Shown here: positions 35,081-44,398 of the stretch, in pieces | Position numbering within the stretch: the stretch's first letter is position 1 | Layout: every line of letters begins with the position of its first letter | From: an uncultured Pseudomonas sp. | GTDB lineage: Bacteria; Pseudomonadota; Gammaproteobacteria; Pseudomonadales; Pseudomonadaceae | Assembly: GCA_966186235.1 (NCBI GenBank) | Contig: CBIFVM010000020.1 | Span: forward strand, 14,503 to 78,502 | Direction: 5' to 3' | Length of the DNA stretch: 64,000 bases | Program-made: the position numbers and the translations under genes | Notes under the pieces: model-generated | What the model was told of the DNA's origin: nothing | What the model saw: only the letters and a program-made list of their open reading frames with translations | The model's database searches: none

Positions 35081-35490
35081 CGCAGCGTCCCTCCATGGTA
35101 ATAGTCATCAGCGCGGCTGCGGCGCTTGCGCAACAGGCGACTGACCAGAATGCCCACCGCCAGGCCGCCCGCCGCCAACCATAGTGGATGCTTGCGGGCG
35201 AAGCGGTCGACACTGTGCACGGCGTGGCCGCTGTAGTTGTTCAAGGCATCGCGCAGAGTGGCGAGCTGGCGCGCGGCTTTGCGCAAGCGATCCGGCGAGG
35301 CCGCGGCATCGGCGTTTTCCAGGTCGGCGATGGTGGAGCGGGCGATATTGGCCAGGGCTTCCAGCTCATCGGTATGGGACTGCTCGGCCTGAATGCGTGC
35401 GCGCAGCTGTTCCTGGGCATCTTGCTGCCAGTGCCCCGAGATGACCTTGGCAGGGCGCTTGTGCGGGCGTTCTTTGCTGTCGTTATCCAT
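35077..35490 (-). CDS. ElaB/YqjD-like tail-anchored protein
   Basis: Helical body and C-terminal HPLWLAAGGLAVGILVSRLLRKRR anchor. Confidence 0.65.
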   Translation of the reverse strand: MDNDSKERPHKRPAKVISGHWQQDAQEQLRARIQAEQSHTDELEALANIARSTIADLENADAAASPDRLRKAARQLATLRDALNNYSGHAVHSVDRFARKHPLWLAAGGLAVGILVSRLLRKRRSRADDYYHGGTLR

Positions 35491-35536
35491 ATGACTACAC
35501 CTGTTGATGCGTAAAAATGCGGTAAGGCAACGTGCG

Positions 35537-35944
35537 TTAACGGCTCTGCTCGCGGCTGGCGAATTCATCGGCAATCGGCGTGCCCAGGTCTGCCGGCGCC
35601 GGCGTGACCGGTACCGGCGGCACAGGCGTGGCACGGGTGCGATCGGCGACTTCCTCGGCCATCAGCACCAGCTCCTGAAGGCGCTGTACACGGGCGCGCA
35701 GGTAGCGGATTTCAGCCAGCGGGTCGTCCACCGCGCTTTTCACGCTGCAGTGCCCGCTCAGCCCGCGCAACAGCAACAGGCCACCCACGCTCAACTGGCG
35801 CCGGCCACGCTCGCCGTGTTTGCTCGCACCAAGCGTGGCCAGCAGCAATCCTCCGCCGATGGACAACAGGCGCTCCCAGCCTCTGACGTTGTGAGGTGCC
35901 GGGCCCTGTCGTTCGGGTTGCGATTGCGGTTCGAAGGCGACCAT
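35537..35944 (-). CDS. DUF2892 (YgaP-like) membrane protein
   Basis: NVRGWERLLSIGGG...LLLRGLSGHC; SD AGGAG. Confidence 0.75.
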   Translation of the reverse strand: MVAFEPQSQPERQGPAPHNVRGWERLLSIGGGLLLATLGASKHGERGRRQLSVGGLLLLRGLSGHCSVKSAVDDPLAEIRYLRARVQRLQELVLMAEEVADRTRATPVPPVPVTPAPADLGTPIADEFASREQSR

Positions 35945-35989
35945 GTGTTCACTCCTGCCTGATGTGACGGGCCATCGGTTCAAGCCAGC

Positions 35990-36115
35990 TCAAACGGGGT
36001 CGGGCTGTGGCTTGTCCGGTAGCGCATCGTTGTCGGGTTCGTGGGGCTGGCCGAGTGGAGGGGGCTCGCCCGGCAAGTCGGGTGCCTGGGTCGGATCGGG
36101 TACTCGCTGGGTCAT
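35990..36115 (-). CDS. Small Pro/Asp-rich hypothetical protein (41 aa)
   Basis: MTQRVPDPTQAPDLPGEPPPLGQPHEPDNDALPDKPQPDPV; GAGG upstream; co-oriented with the stress genes. Confidence 0.45.
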   Translation of the reverse strand: MTQRVPDPTQAPDLPGEPPPLGQPHEPDNDALPDKPQPDPV

Positions 36116-36371
36116 GCCTCGTCCCTCGGTGCGTTGCTCTAGAGGGTTTGAGGGTGACGGGCGCTGCATGTTCGATCTTTTTGCCTCGCGGTGGCCTGCC
36201 TGCAAGCCAGGCGCAGCGGTCTGGCAGAAACCTTAAACCTCTGCGAGCGGGTCCCGGTCAAGATTTCCTGTCCGGCAGCGAACTGCCTGGCCGAGCCGTC
36301 GCGCACACAGACCTCGCGTGGCAACTCCATCCATGTCGGCCCAGCGGGCCTGAACTTCGAGCGAGTTTTCC

Positions 36372-38165
36372 ATGAGCATGACCGTCGCAGATTTCATCGT
36401 CGAACGCCTTTACCAATGGGGCGTACGGCGCATCTATGGCTATCCGGGGGATGGCATCAACGGGGTATTCGGCGCCCTGGCCAAGGCCGAGGGCAAGATC
36501 CGCTTCATCCAGGCGCGTCATGAGGAAATGGCTGCGTTCATGGCGGCGGCCGATGCCAAGTTCTCTGGCGACCTGGGCGTATGCATCGCCACCTCCGGCC
36601 CCGGTGCGGCCCACCTGCTTACCGGTCTGTACGACGCGCGCATGGACCATATGCCGGTGCTGGCGATCGTCGGCCAGCAGGCGCGCAACGCCCTCGGCGG
36701 GCATTACCAGCAGGAGGTGGATCTGCTGTCGATGTTCAAGGATGTCGCCGGCGCTTTCGTCCAGCAGGCCAGCGCGCCGTCCCAGGTGCGTCACCTGGTC
36801 GACCGCAGCATTCGCACGGCCCTGGGCGACCGCCGAGTGACCGCGATCATCCTGCCCAACGACCTGCAGACGCTGCCCTACGAGGAGCCGCCCCGCGAGC
36901 ACGGCACCCTGCATTCGGGCGTGGGTTACAGCCGACCGCGGGTTGTGCCTTATGAAGAAGATCTGCAGCGCGCCGCCGACGTGCTCAATGCCGGCAAGAA
37001 GGTAGCGATTCTGATCGGTGCCGGCGCGTTGGGCGCTGCGAAAGAAGTCACCGAAGTGGCGGATGTGCTCGGCGCCGGCGTGGCCAAGGCGCTGCTCGGC
37101 AAGGCGGCACTGCCGGACGATCTGCCCTGGGTGACCGGCTCCATCGGCCTGCTGGGCACCAAGCCCAGCTACCAGATGATGAACGAATGCGACACCCTGC
37201 TGATGATCGGCTCAGGCTTTCCCTATGCCGAATTTCTGCCCAAGGAAGGCCAGGCGCGCGCCGTGCAGATCGACATCCAGGCCGACATGCTCGGCTTGCG
37301 CTACCCCATGGAGGTCAATCTGCAGGGCGATGCGGCCGCGACCCTGCAGGCGCTGCTGCCACTGCTCGAACGCAAGGCGCTGCGCACCTGGCGCAAGCGC
37401 ATCGAACGCTGGACGGCACAGTGGCAGACCACCCTGAAGCGCCGCGCCATGGCTGCGGCCTCGCCGATCAATCCGCAGCGGGTCGCGTTTGAACTATCGC
37501 CGCGCCTGCCGGATCGCGCCGTGGTGACCAGTGATTCCGGCTCCTGTGCCAACTGGTTCGCCCGTGACGTAAAGATGCGCGAGGACATGCTCTGCTCGCT
37601 GTCCGGCGGCCTGGCGTCCATGGGCGCAGCGGTGCCTTATGCGATTGCCGCCAAGTTCGCCCACCCGGATCGCCCGGTGGTGGCGCTGGTCGGCGACGGC
37701 GCCATGCAGATGAACAACATGGCCGAGCTGATCACCGTGGCCAAGTACTGGCGCGAATGGCAGGACAAGCGCTGGATCTGCGCGGTGTTCAACAACGAGG
37801 ATCTCAACCAGGTGACCTGGGAGCAGCGGGTGATGGAAGGCGACCCGAAGTTCTCGGCCTCCCAGGACATTCCCAGCGTCGCCTATCACCAGTTCGCCGA
37901 GTCCATCGGGCTGATGGGCATCTACGTAGACCGCGAGGAGGATGTCGCTGCGGCTTGGGAGCAGGCGCTGGCCGCCGACCGCCCGGTGGTCATCGAATTC
38001 AAGACCGACCCTGACGTGCCGCCGCTGCCGCCGCATATCACCCTGGCCCAGGCCAAGGCCTTTGCATCCACCTTGTGGCAGGGCGACCCGAACCAGGGCG
38101 GTATCCTGCGTCAGGCCACCAAGCAGGTGCTGGGTTCGATTCTGCCGGGCAAGGCTCGGCGTTAG
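36372..38165 (+). CDS. Thiamine-diphosphate enzyme, pyruvate oxidase/PoxB-like
   Basis: GYPGDGING, QARHEEMAAF, GDGAMQMN TPP motif. Confidence 0.9.
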   Translation: MSMTVADFIVERLYQWGVRRIYGYPGDGINGVFGALAKAEGKIRFIQARHEEMAAFMAAADAKFSGDLGVCIATSGPGAAHLLTGLYDARMDHMPVLAIVGQQARNALGGHYQQEVDLLSMFKDVAGAFVQQASAPSQVRHLVDRSIRTALGDRRVTAIILPNDLQTLPYEEPPREHGTLHSGVGYSRPRVVPYEEDLQRAADVLNAGKKVAILIGAGALGAAKEVTEVADVLGAGVAKALLGKAALPDDLPWVTGSIGLLGTKPSYQMMNECDTLLMIGSGFPYAEFLPKEGQARAVQIDIQADMLGLRYPMEVNLQGDAAATLQALLPLLERKALRTWRKRIERWTAQWQTTLKRRAMAAASPINPQRVAFELSPRLPDRAVVTSDSGSCANWFARDVKMREDMLCSLSGGLASMGAAVPYAIAAKFAHPDRPVVALVGDGAMQMNNMAELITVAKYWREWQDKRWICAVFNNEDLNQVTWEQRVMEGDPKFSASQDIPSVAYHQFAESIGLMGIYVDREEDVAAAWEQALAADRPVVIEFKTDPDVPPLPPHITLAQAKAFASTLWQGDPNQGGILRQATKQVLGSILPGKARR

Positions 38166-38659
38166 TTTTCGCCAAGTAGCTGCGCGTGCCGCTCAGGCAG
38201 GCGCAGCAGGGCGAAGCGGGCCGCTTCATCGAGGATGTGTGAGCGGTCACCGGCGAAATGTTCGGTGCTCGAATACAACCGGATGCTGCCGTCAGCCAGG
38301 CGAAAGGCCCAGGCGAAGCACAGCGTGCCGGCCGGGATCTCGCCCTGTGGATCGGGCCCGGCGACGCCCGTGGTGGCGACGGCGACATTGGCCGGGCTGC
38401 CGTCGAGCGCGCCCTTGGCCATGGCCCGCGCCACTTCCTCGCTGGTCAGATTGAAGTTGTCGAGGGTGTGCTGACTCACGCCCAGCAAGCGTTTCTTGGC
38501 CGCTGGCGAATACACCACGTGACCGCTGTCCAGGCATTCGCCGCTGCCAGGATGCTTGGCGAGCAGCGCCACGACCATTCCGGCCGTGCAGGATTCGGCA
38601 GTGGTCAGATACAGCTTGTGACGCTTGAGGTAATCGAGCAGCGCTTCGATGTCTTGCAC
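38162..38659 (-). CDS. CinA C-terminal/PncC-like protein
   Basis: LTTAESCTAG, SEEVARAMAKGAL, TTGVAGP. Confidence 0.88.
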   Translation of the reverse strand: MQDIEALLDYLKRHKLYLTTAESCTAGMVVALLAKHPGSGECLDSGHVVYSPAAKKRLLGVSQHTLDNFNLTSEEVARAMAKGALDGSPANVAVATTGVAGPDPQGEIPAGTLCFAWAFRLADGSIRLYSSTEHFAGDRSHILDEAARFALLRLPERHAQLLGEN

Positions 38660-38750
38660 GGTAATTCTCCTCCCATGACTGCTGTTACTTGGATTGGCGC
38701 ACCGAACCGCAGGTGCTGCTCGGCTGATCGACGGCAGCGGGCTTTTCCCT

Positions 38751-38778
38751 GAACTCTGCCGCTTGGCTTTCAGTCAGG
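38751..38778 (+). promoter_or_regulatory. AlgU/sigmaE-like promoter upstream of the SDR-GH15 pair
   Basis: GAACTC-17 bp-TCAGG, similar to GAACTT-N16/17-TCNNA. Confidence 0.4.
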
Positions 38779-38807
38779 TGTAGCAAGTCGAGGAAAGGGA
38801 AACGGCC

Positions 38808-39608
38808 ATGCTCATCTCTCTCAAGTCACAGGTCGCGCTGGTCACTGGTGCGAGTTCGGGTATCGGCGCGGCTTCGGCCAAGGCGCTGGCAGAGGCGGGC
38901 GCCGCAGTGGTGCTCAACTATCGATCCGGGCGTGAGGCTGCCGAGAAGCTCGCCACGCAAATCCGCGATGGTGGTGGCCAGGCCATCGCCGTTCAGGCGG
39001 ATGTGTCCAGCGAGCAGGAGGTCGAGGCGATGTTCGCTGAAACCCTTTCCGCCTTCGGGCGCCTGGACATTCTGCTGGCCAATTCCGGCATGCAGCGCGA
39101 CGCGCCGACCGTCGACATGAGCCTGGACGAATGGAACCAGGTGCTGCAGGTCAACCTCACCGGCCAGTTTCTCTGCGTGCGCGCGGCGCTGCGGCAGTTC
39201 GCCAAGCAGGGCATTCGCGAGGAGATTTCCCGCGCGGCCGGCAAGATCATCCAGATGAGTTCCGTGCACCAGCTGATTCCCTGGGCCGGGCGCGCCAACT
39301 ACGCGGCCTCCAAGGGCGGGCTCGACCTGCTGATGCGCAGCGTGGCGCAGGAGGTGGGCGAGCAGCGTATTCGCGTCAATGCCATCGCCCCGGGGGCCAT
39401 CCGCACCGCGATCAACCGTGAAGCCACCGAAGGCGCGGCTGCCGAAAAATTGCTCGAGCTGATTCCCTACGGCCGTATCGGCGACGCCGAGGACATCGCC
39501 AATGCAGTGGTGTGGCTGGCCTCCGATGCCGCCGATTACGTTCACGGCACCACGCTGTTCATCGACGGCGGCATGAGCCTTTACCCGGAGTTTCGTGACA
39601 ATGGCTGA
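38808..39608 (+). CDS. SDR oxidoreductase, glucose-1-dehydrogenase-like
   Basis: TGASSGIG, NYAASKGG (YxxxK), PYGRIG, LFIDGGMSLYP. Confidence 0.9.
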   Translation: MLISLKSQVALVTGASSGIGAASAKALAEAGAAVVLNYRSGREAAEKLATQIRDGGGQAIAVQADVSSEQEVEAMFAETLSAFGRLDILLANSGMQRDAPTVDMSLDEWNQVLQVNLTGQFLCVRAALRQFAKQGIREEISRAAGKIIQMSSVHQLIPWAGRANYAASKGGLDLLMRSVAQEVGEQRIRVNAIAPGAIRTAINREATEGAAAEKLLELIPYGRIGDAEDIANAVVWLASDAADYVHGTTLFIDGGMSLYPEFRDNG

Positions 39609-41412
39609 TATCCAGGATCGTCAGATGCCCATCGAGGCCCACGGCATCATCGGCGACATGCGCAGTGCCGCGTTGGTCGCCGACAGTGGTTGCGTGGACT
39701 TCTTCTGCTGGCCGGATTTCGACAGCCCGTCGATCTTCAGTGCCTTGCTCGACACGCCCGAAGCCGGGGTTTTTCAGCTGGCGCCGGATCTGCCCGAGGC
39801 GCGCCGTCAGCAGCTGTACCTGCCCGATACCAACGTGCTGCAAACGCGCTGGCTGGACGAGCAAGCGGTGGTGGAATGCACCGACCTGATGCCGATCAAC
39901 GCGGATGTCGATGCCGCGCCAAGGCTGATCCGTACCATTCGCGTGGTCTCCGGCCACGCCACCATCCGCCTGCGCTGTCGGGTGCGCCACGATTACAGCC
40001 GCGCTGACACGGTCGCCGGGCTGGAAGGCGGCGACGTGCTGTTCACTGCGCTGGGCCAGCCCAGCCTGCGGCTGTCGGCGAGCGAGGCGCTGGTGGTCGA
40101 CGATCAGTGCGCGGTCGCCGAATTCGAGTTGCGTGAAGGCCAACATGCGGAATTCGTGCTGGGTGCGACGGATGATCCGCTGGTATCCGCCGGTGCCTGC
40201 GAGCACTGCCGCGACGAGACGGTGAAGTACTGGCGGCGCTGGATGAAGCAGTCCAACTACCGTGGGCGCTGGCGCGAGATGGTGCATCGCTCGGCCCTGG
40301 CGCTCAAGCTGCTGACCTCGCGCAAGCATGGCGGCATCATCGCCGCCGCCACCTACGGCCTGCCGGAGGCACCGGGCGGTGAGCGCAACTGGGATTATCG
40401 CTACACCTGGATTCGCGACGCCTCGTTCACCGTCTACGCGTTCATGCGCCTGGGGTTTTCCGAGGAAGCCAATGCCTTCATGCGCTGGGTGCGCGATCGC
40501 GTAGACGACTGCTCGGAAACACCCGCGCACCTGCGCATTCTCTACAGCCTGCGCGGGCAGCATCATCTGCCGGAAAGCTCGCTCGATCACCTGGCCGGCC
40601 ATGGCGGTGCGAAGCCGGTGCGCATCGGCAACGAAGCCCACGAGCAGACCCAGCTGGATATCTTCGGTGAACTGCTGGATGCCGTGTACCTGGCCAACAA
40701 GTACGGCGAGGCAATTTCCCACGACGGCTGGAAGCACGTGGTGGGTATCGTCGATCAGGTCTGCGACAGCTGGCGGCAGAAGGACGTCGGCATCTGGGAA
40801 ATTCGTGGCGAAGAGCAGCATTTCCTGCATTCGCGGCTGATGTGCTGGGTCGCCCTGGATCGTGCCATCCGTTTGGCCCAGAAGCGTTCGCTGCCGGCAC
40901 CGTTCGCGCGCTGGAACGACGAGCGCCAGGCCATCCATGACGACATCTGGAACAATTTCTGGGACGAGAGCTGCGGCCATTTCGTGCAGCGCATCGGCTG
41001 TCAGCACGTCGACGGCTCCATGCTGCTGATGCCGCTGATGCGTTTCGTCGCCGCCACCGATCCGCGCTGGCTGGCCACCCTCGAGGCCATCGAACAACAG
41101 CTGGTGCGCGACGGCATGGTGTATCGCTACCGCACCGATGATGGGCTGGAAGGCGAGGAAGGATCGTTCCTTGCCTGCTCGTTCTGGTACGTCGAGTGCC
41201 TGGCGCGCGCCGGCAGGATCGAAAAGGCCCACCTGGAATTCGAGCAGTTGCTGCGCTATGCCAATCCGCTGGGGCTGTATGCCGAAGAGCTCGATCGGCG
41301 TGGCCATCATCTGGGCAACACCCCCCAGGCGCTGAGCCACCTGGCGCTGATCAGCGCGGCGAGTTTTCTCGATCACCGGCTCAGTGGCGAGCGCACGACC
41401 TGGCAACCCTGA
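39601..41412 (+). CDS. Glycoside hydrolase family 15 (trehalase/glucoamylase-like)
   Basis: HGIIGDMRSAALV, RNWDYRYTWIRD, GIWEIRG, EGSFLACSFW, GNTPQALSH. Confidence 0.92.
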   Translation: MADIQDRQMPIEAHGIIGDMRSAALVADSGCVDFFCWPDFDSPSIFSALLDTPEAGVFQLAPDLPEARRQQLYLPDTNVLQTRWLDEQAVVECTDLMPINADVDAAPRLIRTIRVVSGHATIRLRCRVRHDYSRADTVAGLEGGDVLFTALGQPSLRLSASEALVVDDQCAVAEFELREGQHAEFVLGATDDPLVSAGACEHCRDETVKYWRRWMKQSNYRGRWREMVHRSALALKLLTSRKHGGIIAAATYGLPEAPGGERNWDYRYTWIRDASFTVYAFMRLGFSEEANAFMRWVRDRVDDCSETPAHLRILYSLRGQHHLPESSLDHLAGHGGAKPVRIGNEAHEQTQLDIFGELLDAVYLANKYGEAISHDGWKHVVGIVDQVCDSWRQKDVGIWEIRGEEQHFLHSRLMCWVALDRAIRLAQKRSLPAPFARWNDERQAIHDDIWNNFWDESCGHFVQRIGCQHVDGSMLLMPLMRFVAATDPRWLATLEAIEQQLVRDGMVYRYRTDDGLEGEEGSFLACSFWYVECLARAGRIEKAHLEFEQLLRYANPLGLYAEELDRRGHHLGNTPQALSHLALISAASFLDHRLSGERTTWQP

Positions 41413-41422
41413 ACCAGGGCGG

Positions 41423-42277
41423 TCAGTGAGCGCTCTGCAGGCCGGCCCAGGCTACGGCGCCGAGAATCAGCGCGCCGCCGAGCAACATGCCGGCGGTCGG
41501 TACGGCGCCGAACAGCAACCAGGCGCCGGCGATGGCATAGATCGGCTCCATGGTGATCACCACTGCAGCCGTATGGGTGCGCACGTGGCGTAGCGAGGCG
41601 ATGAACAGGCTGTAGGCCAGGGCCGTGCACAGCACGCCCAGGGCCGCCAGTTGCCACCAGTCGTGAGTGCTGATGGTCGGCACCTCCGGCAGGCACCAGA
41701 ACAGCAGCGCGAGGCTGATCGCCAGGCATTGCCACCAGCATGACGCCAGGCCATCGGCGCTGCTGGCCGCATGCTTGTTGGCCACCGCAATCGCCGCATA
41801 TATCGCACCGGACAGCACGCCATAGAGCAGGCCGACGGTGGCGCCATCGCGCAGGTCGAACGATGGGGTGATCAGCACCAGCCCGACCGACACCAGCACC
41901 AGTATCCAGCGGTCGCTGCGCCCCAGACGCTGGCCGAACACCAGCCGCTCGATCAACGCGGTGAAGGCCGGAAACGAGGCGAAGCCCAGAGTCGCCACGG
42001 CCACGCCGCCGGTTTGCACCGCCATGAAGAACAGCAGCCAGTGCGCGCCCAGCGCTATGCCGGTGGCCAGCAGCTTGGCTGCAGTGGCCGGGGTAACGCC
42101 GCGCCAGGGCTGCCTGCCCAGGCACAGGCAGAACAGGCTCAGGGCCAGGAGCGCGAAGGCCGAGCGGCCCAGCACGATCATGCTGGCGCTGACCTTCAGG
42201 GATTCGCCGAACAGTGCCGAGACGCCGACCAGCAGGGCGGCCGCGTGGAGTTGCAGATGGGCGGTGCGAGAACTCAT
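41423..42277 (-). CDS. EamA/DMT-family transporter
   Basis: Ten-TM pattern, LCTALAYSLF, MEPIYA. Confidence 0.85.
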   Translation of the reverse strand: MSSRTAHLQLHAAALLVGVSALFGESLKVSASMIVLGRSAFALLALSLFCLCLGRQPWRGVTPATAAKLLATGIALGAHWLLFFMAVQTGGVAVATLGFASFPAFTALIERLVFGQRLGRSDRWILVLVSVGLVLITPSFDLRDGATVGLLYGVLSGAIYAAIAVANKHAASSADGLASCWWQCLAISLALLFWCLPEVPTISTHDWWQLAALGVLCTALAYSLFIASLRHVRTHTAAVVITMEPIYAIAGAWLLFGAVPTAGMLLGGALILGAVAWAGLQSAH

Positions 42278-42402
42278 CGGGTGGAATGCCTGGGAAATGT
42301 CGCGCGTGCAGGAAGTTTTGCGCCACGCGCTAAAGCGCGCGAACCGGAAGGCCTCTAAGGTGCCGGTTACCGCGCGCGTTTGAAAGCAGTTTTGGCCCGC
42401 GT

Positions 42403-43872
42403 TCAGGAAACGATCTTCACCGGTGTCTCCATCGCCTGGCGCTCTTCGGTCACCTGGGCCAGCGCCTGTTCCGGTGTGATCTGGCAGCGCGGAGTGAGCA
42501 GGGAGACGACTACACCTGCCACCACTGCTGCGATCACCGCGGGAATGCTGGGGTTGCCCCAATAGGCGCTCCAGCCGGCATGGCTGATGATGGTCAGTGA
42601 TGTCGTGGACGCCGCGATCAGCGTGGCAAGGGCACCTTGCCAGTTATAGCGGCCCCAGAACTTGCCGAGGATGGCGCAGACGAACATGCCGGCCATGACC
42701 GTGGCGATCATCTTGGTGATGTAGCTGATGATGTTGTCCGAGGTAAGGGCGAAGGCCAGCGCCATGCCGATGGTGAACAGCAGGGCGAAGCGCGAATAGC
42801 GCACCACGCGCTCGGCCGGCGGCGTGTGGCCGGTAACCAGGATGTACAGGTCGCGCATCATGATCGACACGCCAGCCAGGGCGTCGGAGCTGGCGCTGGA
42901 CATGGTCGCCGAGAGGCCGGCGATCATCACCAGCAAGCCCAGCCCGAGGGGCAGCACCTGGGTAGCCAGGAACGGGAAGGCGTAGTTGCTGTTCTCCAGA
43001 TTTGGCGCCAGGGTGTGGGCGGCCATGCCGATGATCGCCGGAATGATGGAGAAGCCCATGTACAGGATGCCGGTGAACACGAAGGAGCGGCGCACGCTGC
43101 CGACCGAGTCCGCCGAGTAGATGCGCTGGCGGAAAGACGGCGTGGCCAGCACGCCGATGGCGACCACGGCAGCGAGGGAAATCGCCGGGATAAGCCCCAG
43201 GCTACTTATCCCTAGAAAGCCAGTGGTGGCGGCGTCCATATTGTCGGCGAGATGGGCGAAGCCGCCAATCTCGACCAGGGCGAACACCGCCATGGCGATG
43301 AAACCGATGAACAGCAGGATGGCCTGGATGGTGTCGGTCCACACCACGGCCAGATAGCCGCCGATGATGCAGTACAGGCCGAAGCCGATGGCGACCACGA
43401 ATTTTGCGGTGTTCAGGTCGATGTCGGTGATCCACGCCAGGTACATGCCACCGCCGAGGATGTGCGCGCCCAGCCAGCCGATGCTGGCGATGTAGATCAA
43501 CAGCGCCACCACGTTGCGCACCACCCGACTGCCGCCCACGTAATAAGCCAGCTCCTCGCTCATGGTCATGAAGCGCAGCTTGCGCACCGAGGCGAACAGC
43601 GCGGCCAGCAGCAGAATGCCGATGGCCCCGCCGATGCCATACAGCGCGCCGGCCCAGCCGTTGTTGTAGCCGAAGCCCACCGCGCCCATGCTCGAGCCGG
43701 TGCCGACCATGGTCGCGACGGTGGTGCCGATGGTGAGAAACAGCGGAATGCTGCGCCCGCCGAGGAGAAAGTCATCACCCGTGGAGCGATGATGGCGTGA
43801 AACCCACCAGCCCAGAGCGATCATGGCCAGGAGGTAGATGAAGAAACTGCCGAGAAAGATGTTGCTGTTCAT
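42403..43872 (-). CDS. Sodium:solute symporter (SSS) family transporter
   Basis: DDFLLGGRSIP, GGYLAVVWTDTIQ, AGLSATMSSASS; 489 aa. Confidence 0.92.
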   Translation of the reverse strand: MNSNIFLGSFFIYLLAMIALGWWVSRHHRSTGDDFLLGGRSIPLFLTIGTTVATMVGTGSSMGAVGFGYNNGWAGALYGIGGAIGILLLAALFASVRKLRFMTMSEELAYYVGGSRVVRNVVALLIYIASIGWLGAHILGGGMYLAWITDIDLNTAKFVVAIGFGLYCIIGGYLAVVWTDTIQAILLFIGFIAMAVFALVEIGGFAHLADNMDAATTGFLGISSLGLIPAISLAAVVAIGVLATPSFRQRIYSADSVGSVRRSFVFTGILYMGFSIIPAIIGMAAHTLAPNLENSNYAFPFLATQVLPLGLGLLVMIAGLSATMSSASSDALAGVSIMMRDLYILVTGHTPPAERVVRYSRFALLFTIGMALAFALTSDNIISYITKMIATVMAGMFVCAILGKFWGRYNWQGALATLIAASTTSLTIISHAGWSAYWGNPSIPAVIAAVVAGVVVSLLTPRCQITPEQALAQVTEERQAMETPVKIVS

Positions 43873-43989
43873 ACCTGACCTCAGATTGGAATGATTGTTG
43901 ATCGAGGTAGCTGTCAGCGAGCCGGGCAGCGTGGCGCCGGCTCGGGGCTGCGGTGATGAAAGGGATCTCCTGCGGGGCGGGCGCTGGGG

Positions 43990-44382
43990 TCAGGCGCGCG
44001 ATGCCTTGAAGCACTTCACGTCGACCTCGACCTTGCAGTCGACCACCAGGTCCTGAACGCTGCAGATGCGCGCCGGCGGGTGGTCGCCGAAGATCTCCTT
44101 GAAGACCTTGTTGAACGAGCTGAAGTAGCGCGCGTCGGTGAGCACGGTGGTCACGTGCACCACGTCTTCGACGCCGTAGCCGGCCTCGGCCATGATGTCG
44201 AGGCAGTTCTGAAAGGCCAGGCGCGACTGTTCGATGATGCCGCCTTCGACTACTTCGCCGTCCTTCATGGGCGTCTGGCCGGATACGTAGAGCCAGCCGC
44301 CGGCTTCCACTGCACGTGAGAAGGGCAGCTTCTGGCCGCCGGTTCCGGTTCCGCCTTCGGCGCCATAACGTTTGATGCTCAT
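43990..44382 (-). CDS. RidA/Rid-family imine deaminase
   Basis: PFSRAVEAGGWLYVSGQ, FNKVFKEIFG..PPAR (conserved Arg), KVEVD. Confidence 0.9.
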   Translation of the reverse strand: MSIKRYGAEGGTGTGGQKLPFSRAVEAGGWLYVSGQTPMKDGEVVEGGIIEQSRLAFQNCLDIMAEAGYGVEDVVHVTTVLTDARYFSSFNKVFKEIFGDHPPARICSVQDLVVDCKVEVDVKCFKASRA

Positions 44383-44398
44383 GGGGTTTCTCCTTGGA

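Noticed and set aside
34011-35213. 400-aa ORF
   Set aside because: The first half overlaps the holin-like gene out of frame; the DUF3618-like protein starts at 34679.
42320-42380. Hairpin CGCGCG-AACCGG...CCGGTT-CGCGCG between the SSS and EamA genes, and CGAGCCGG/CCGGCTCG at 43918-43944
   Set aside because: Ordinary GC-rich intergenic stems (terminator or stabiliser); no second copy or riboswitch signature seen.
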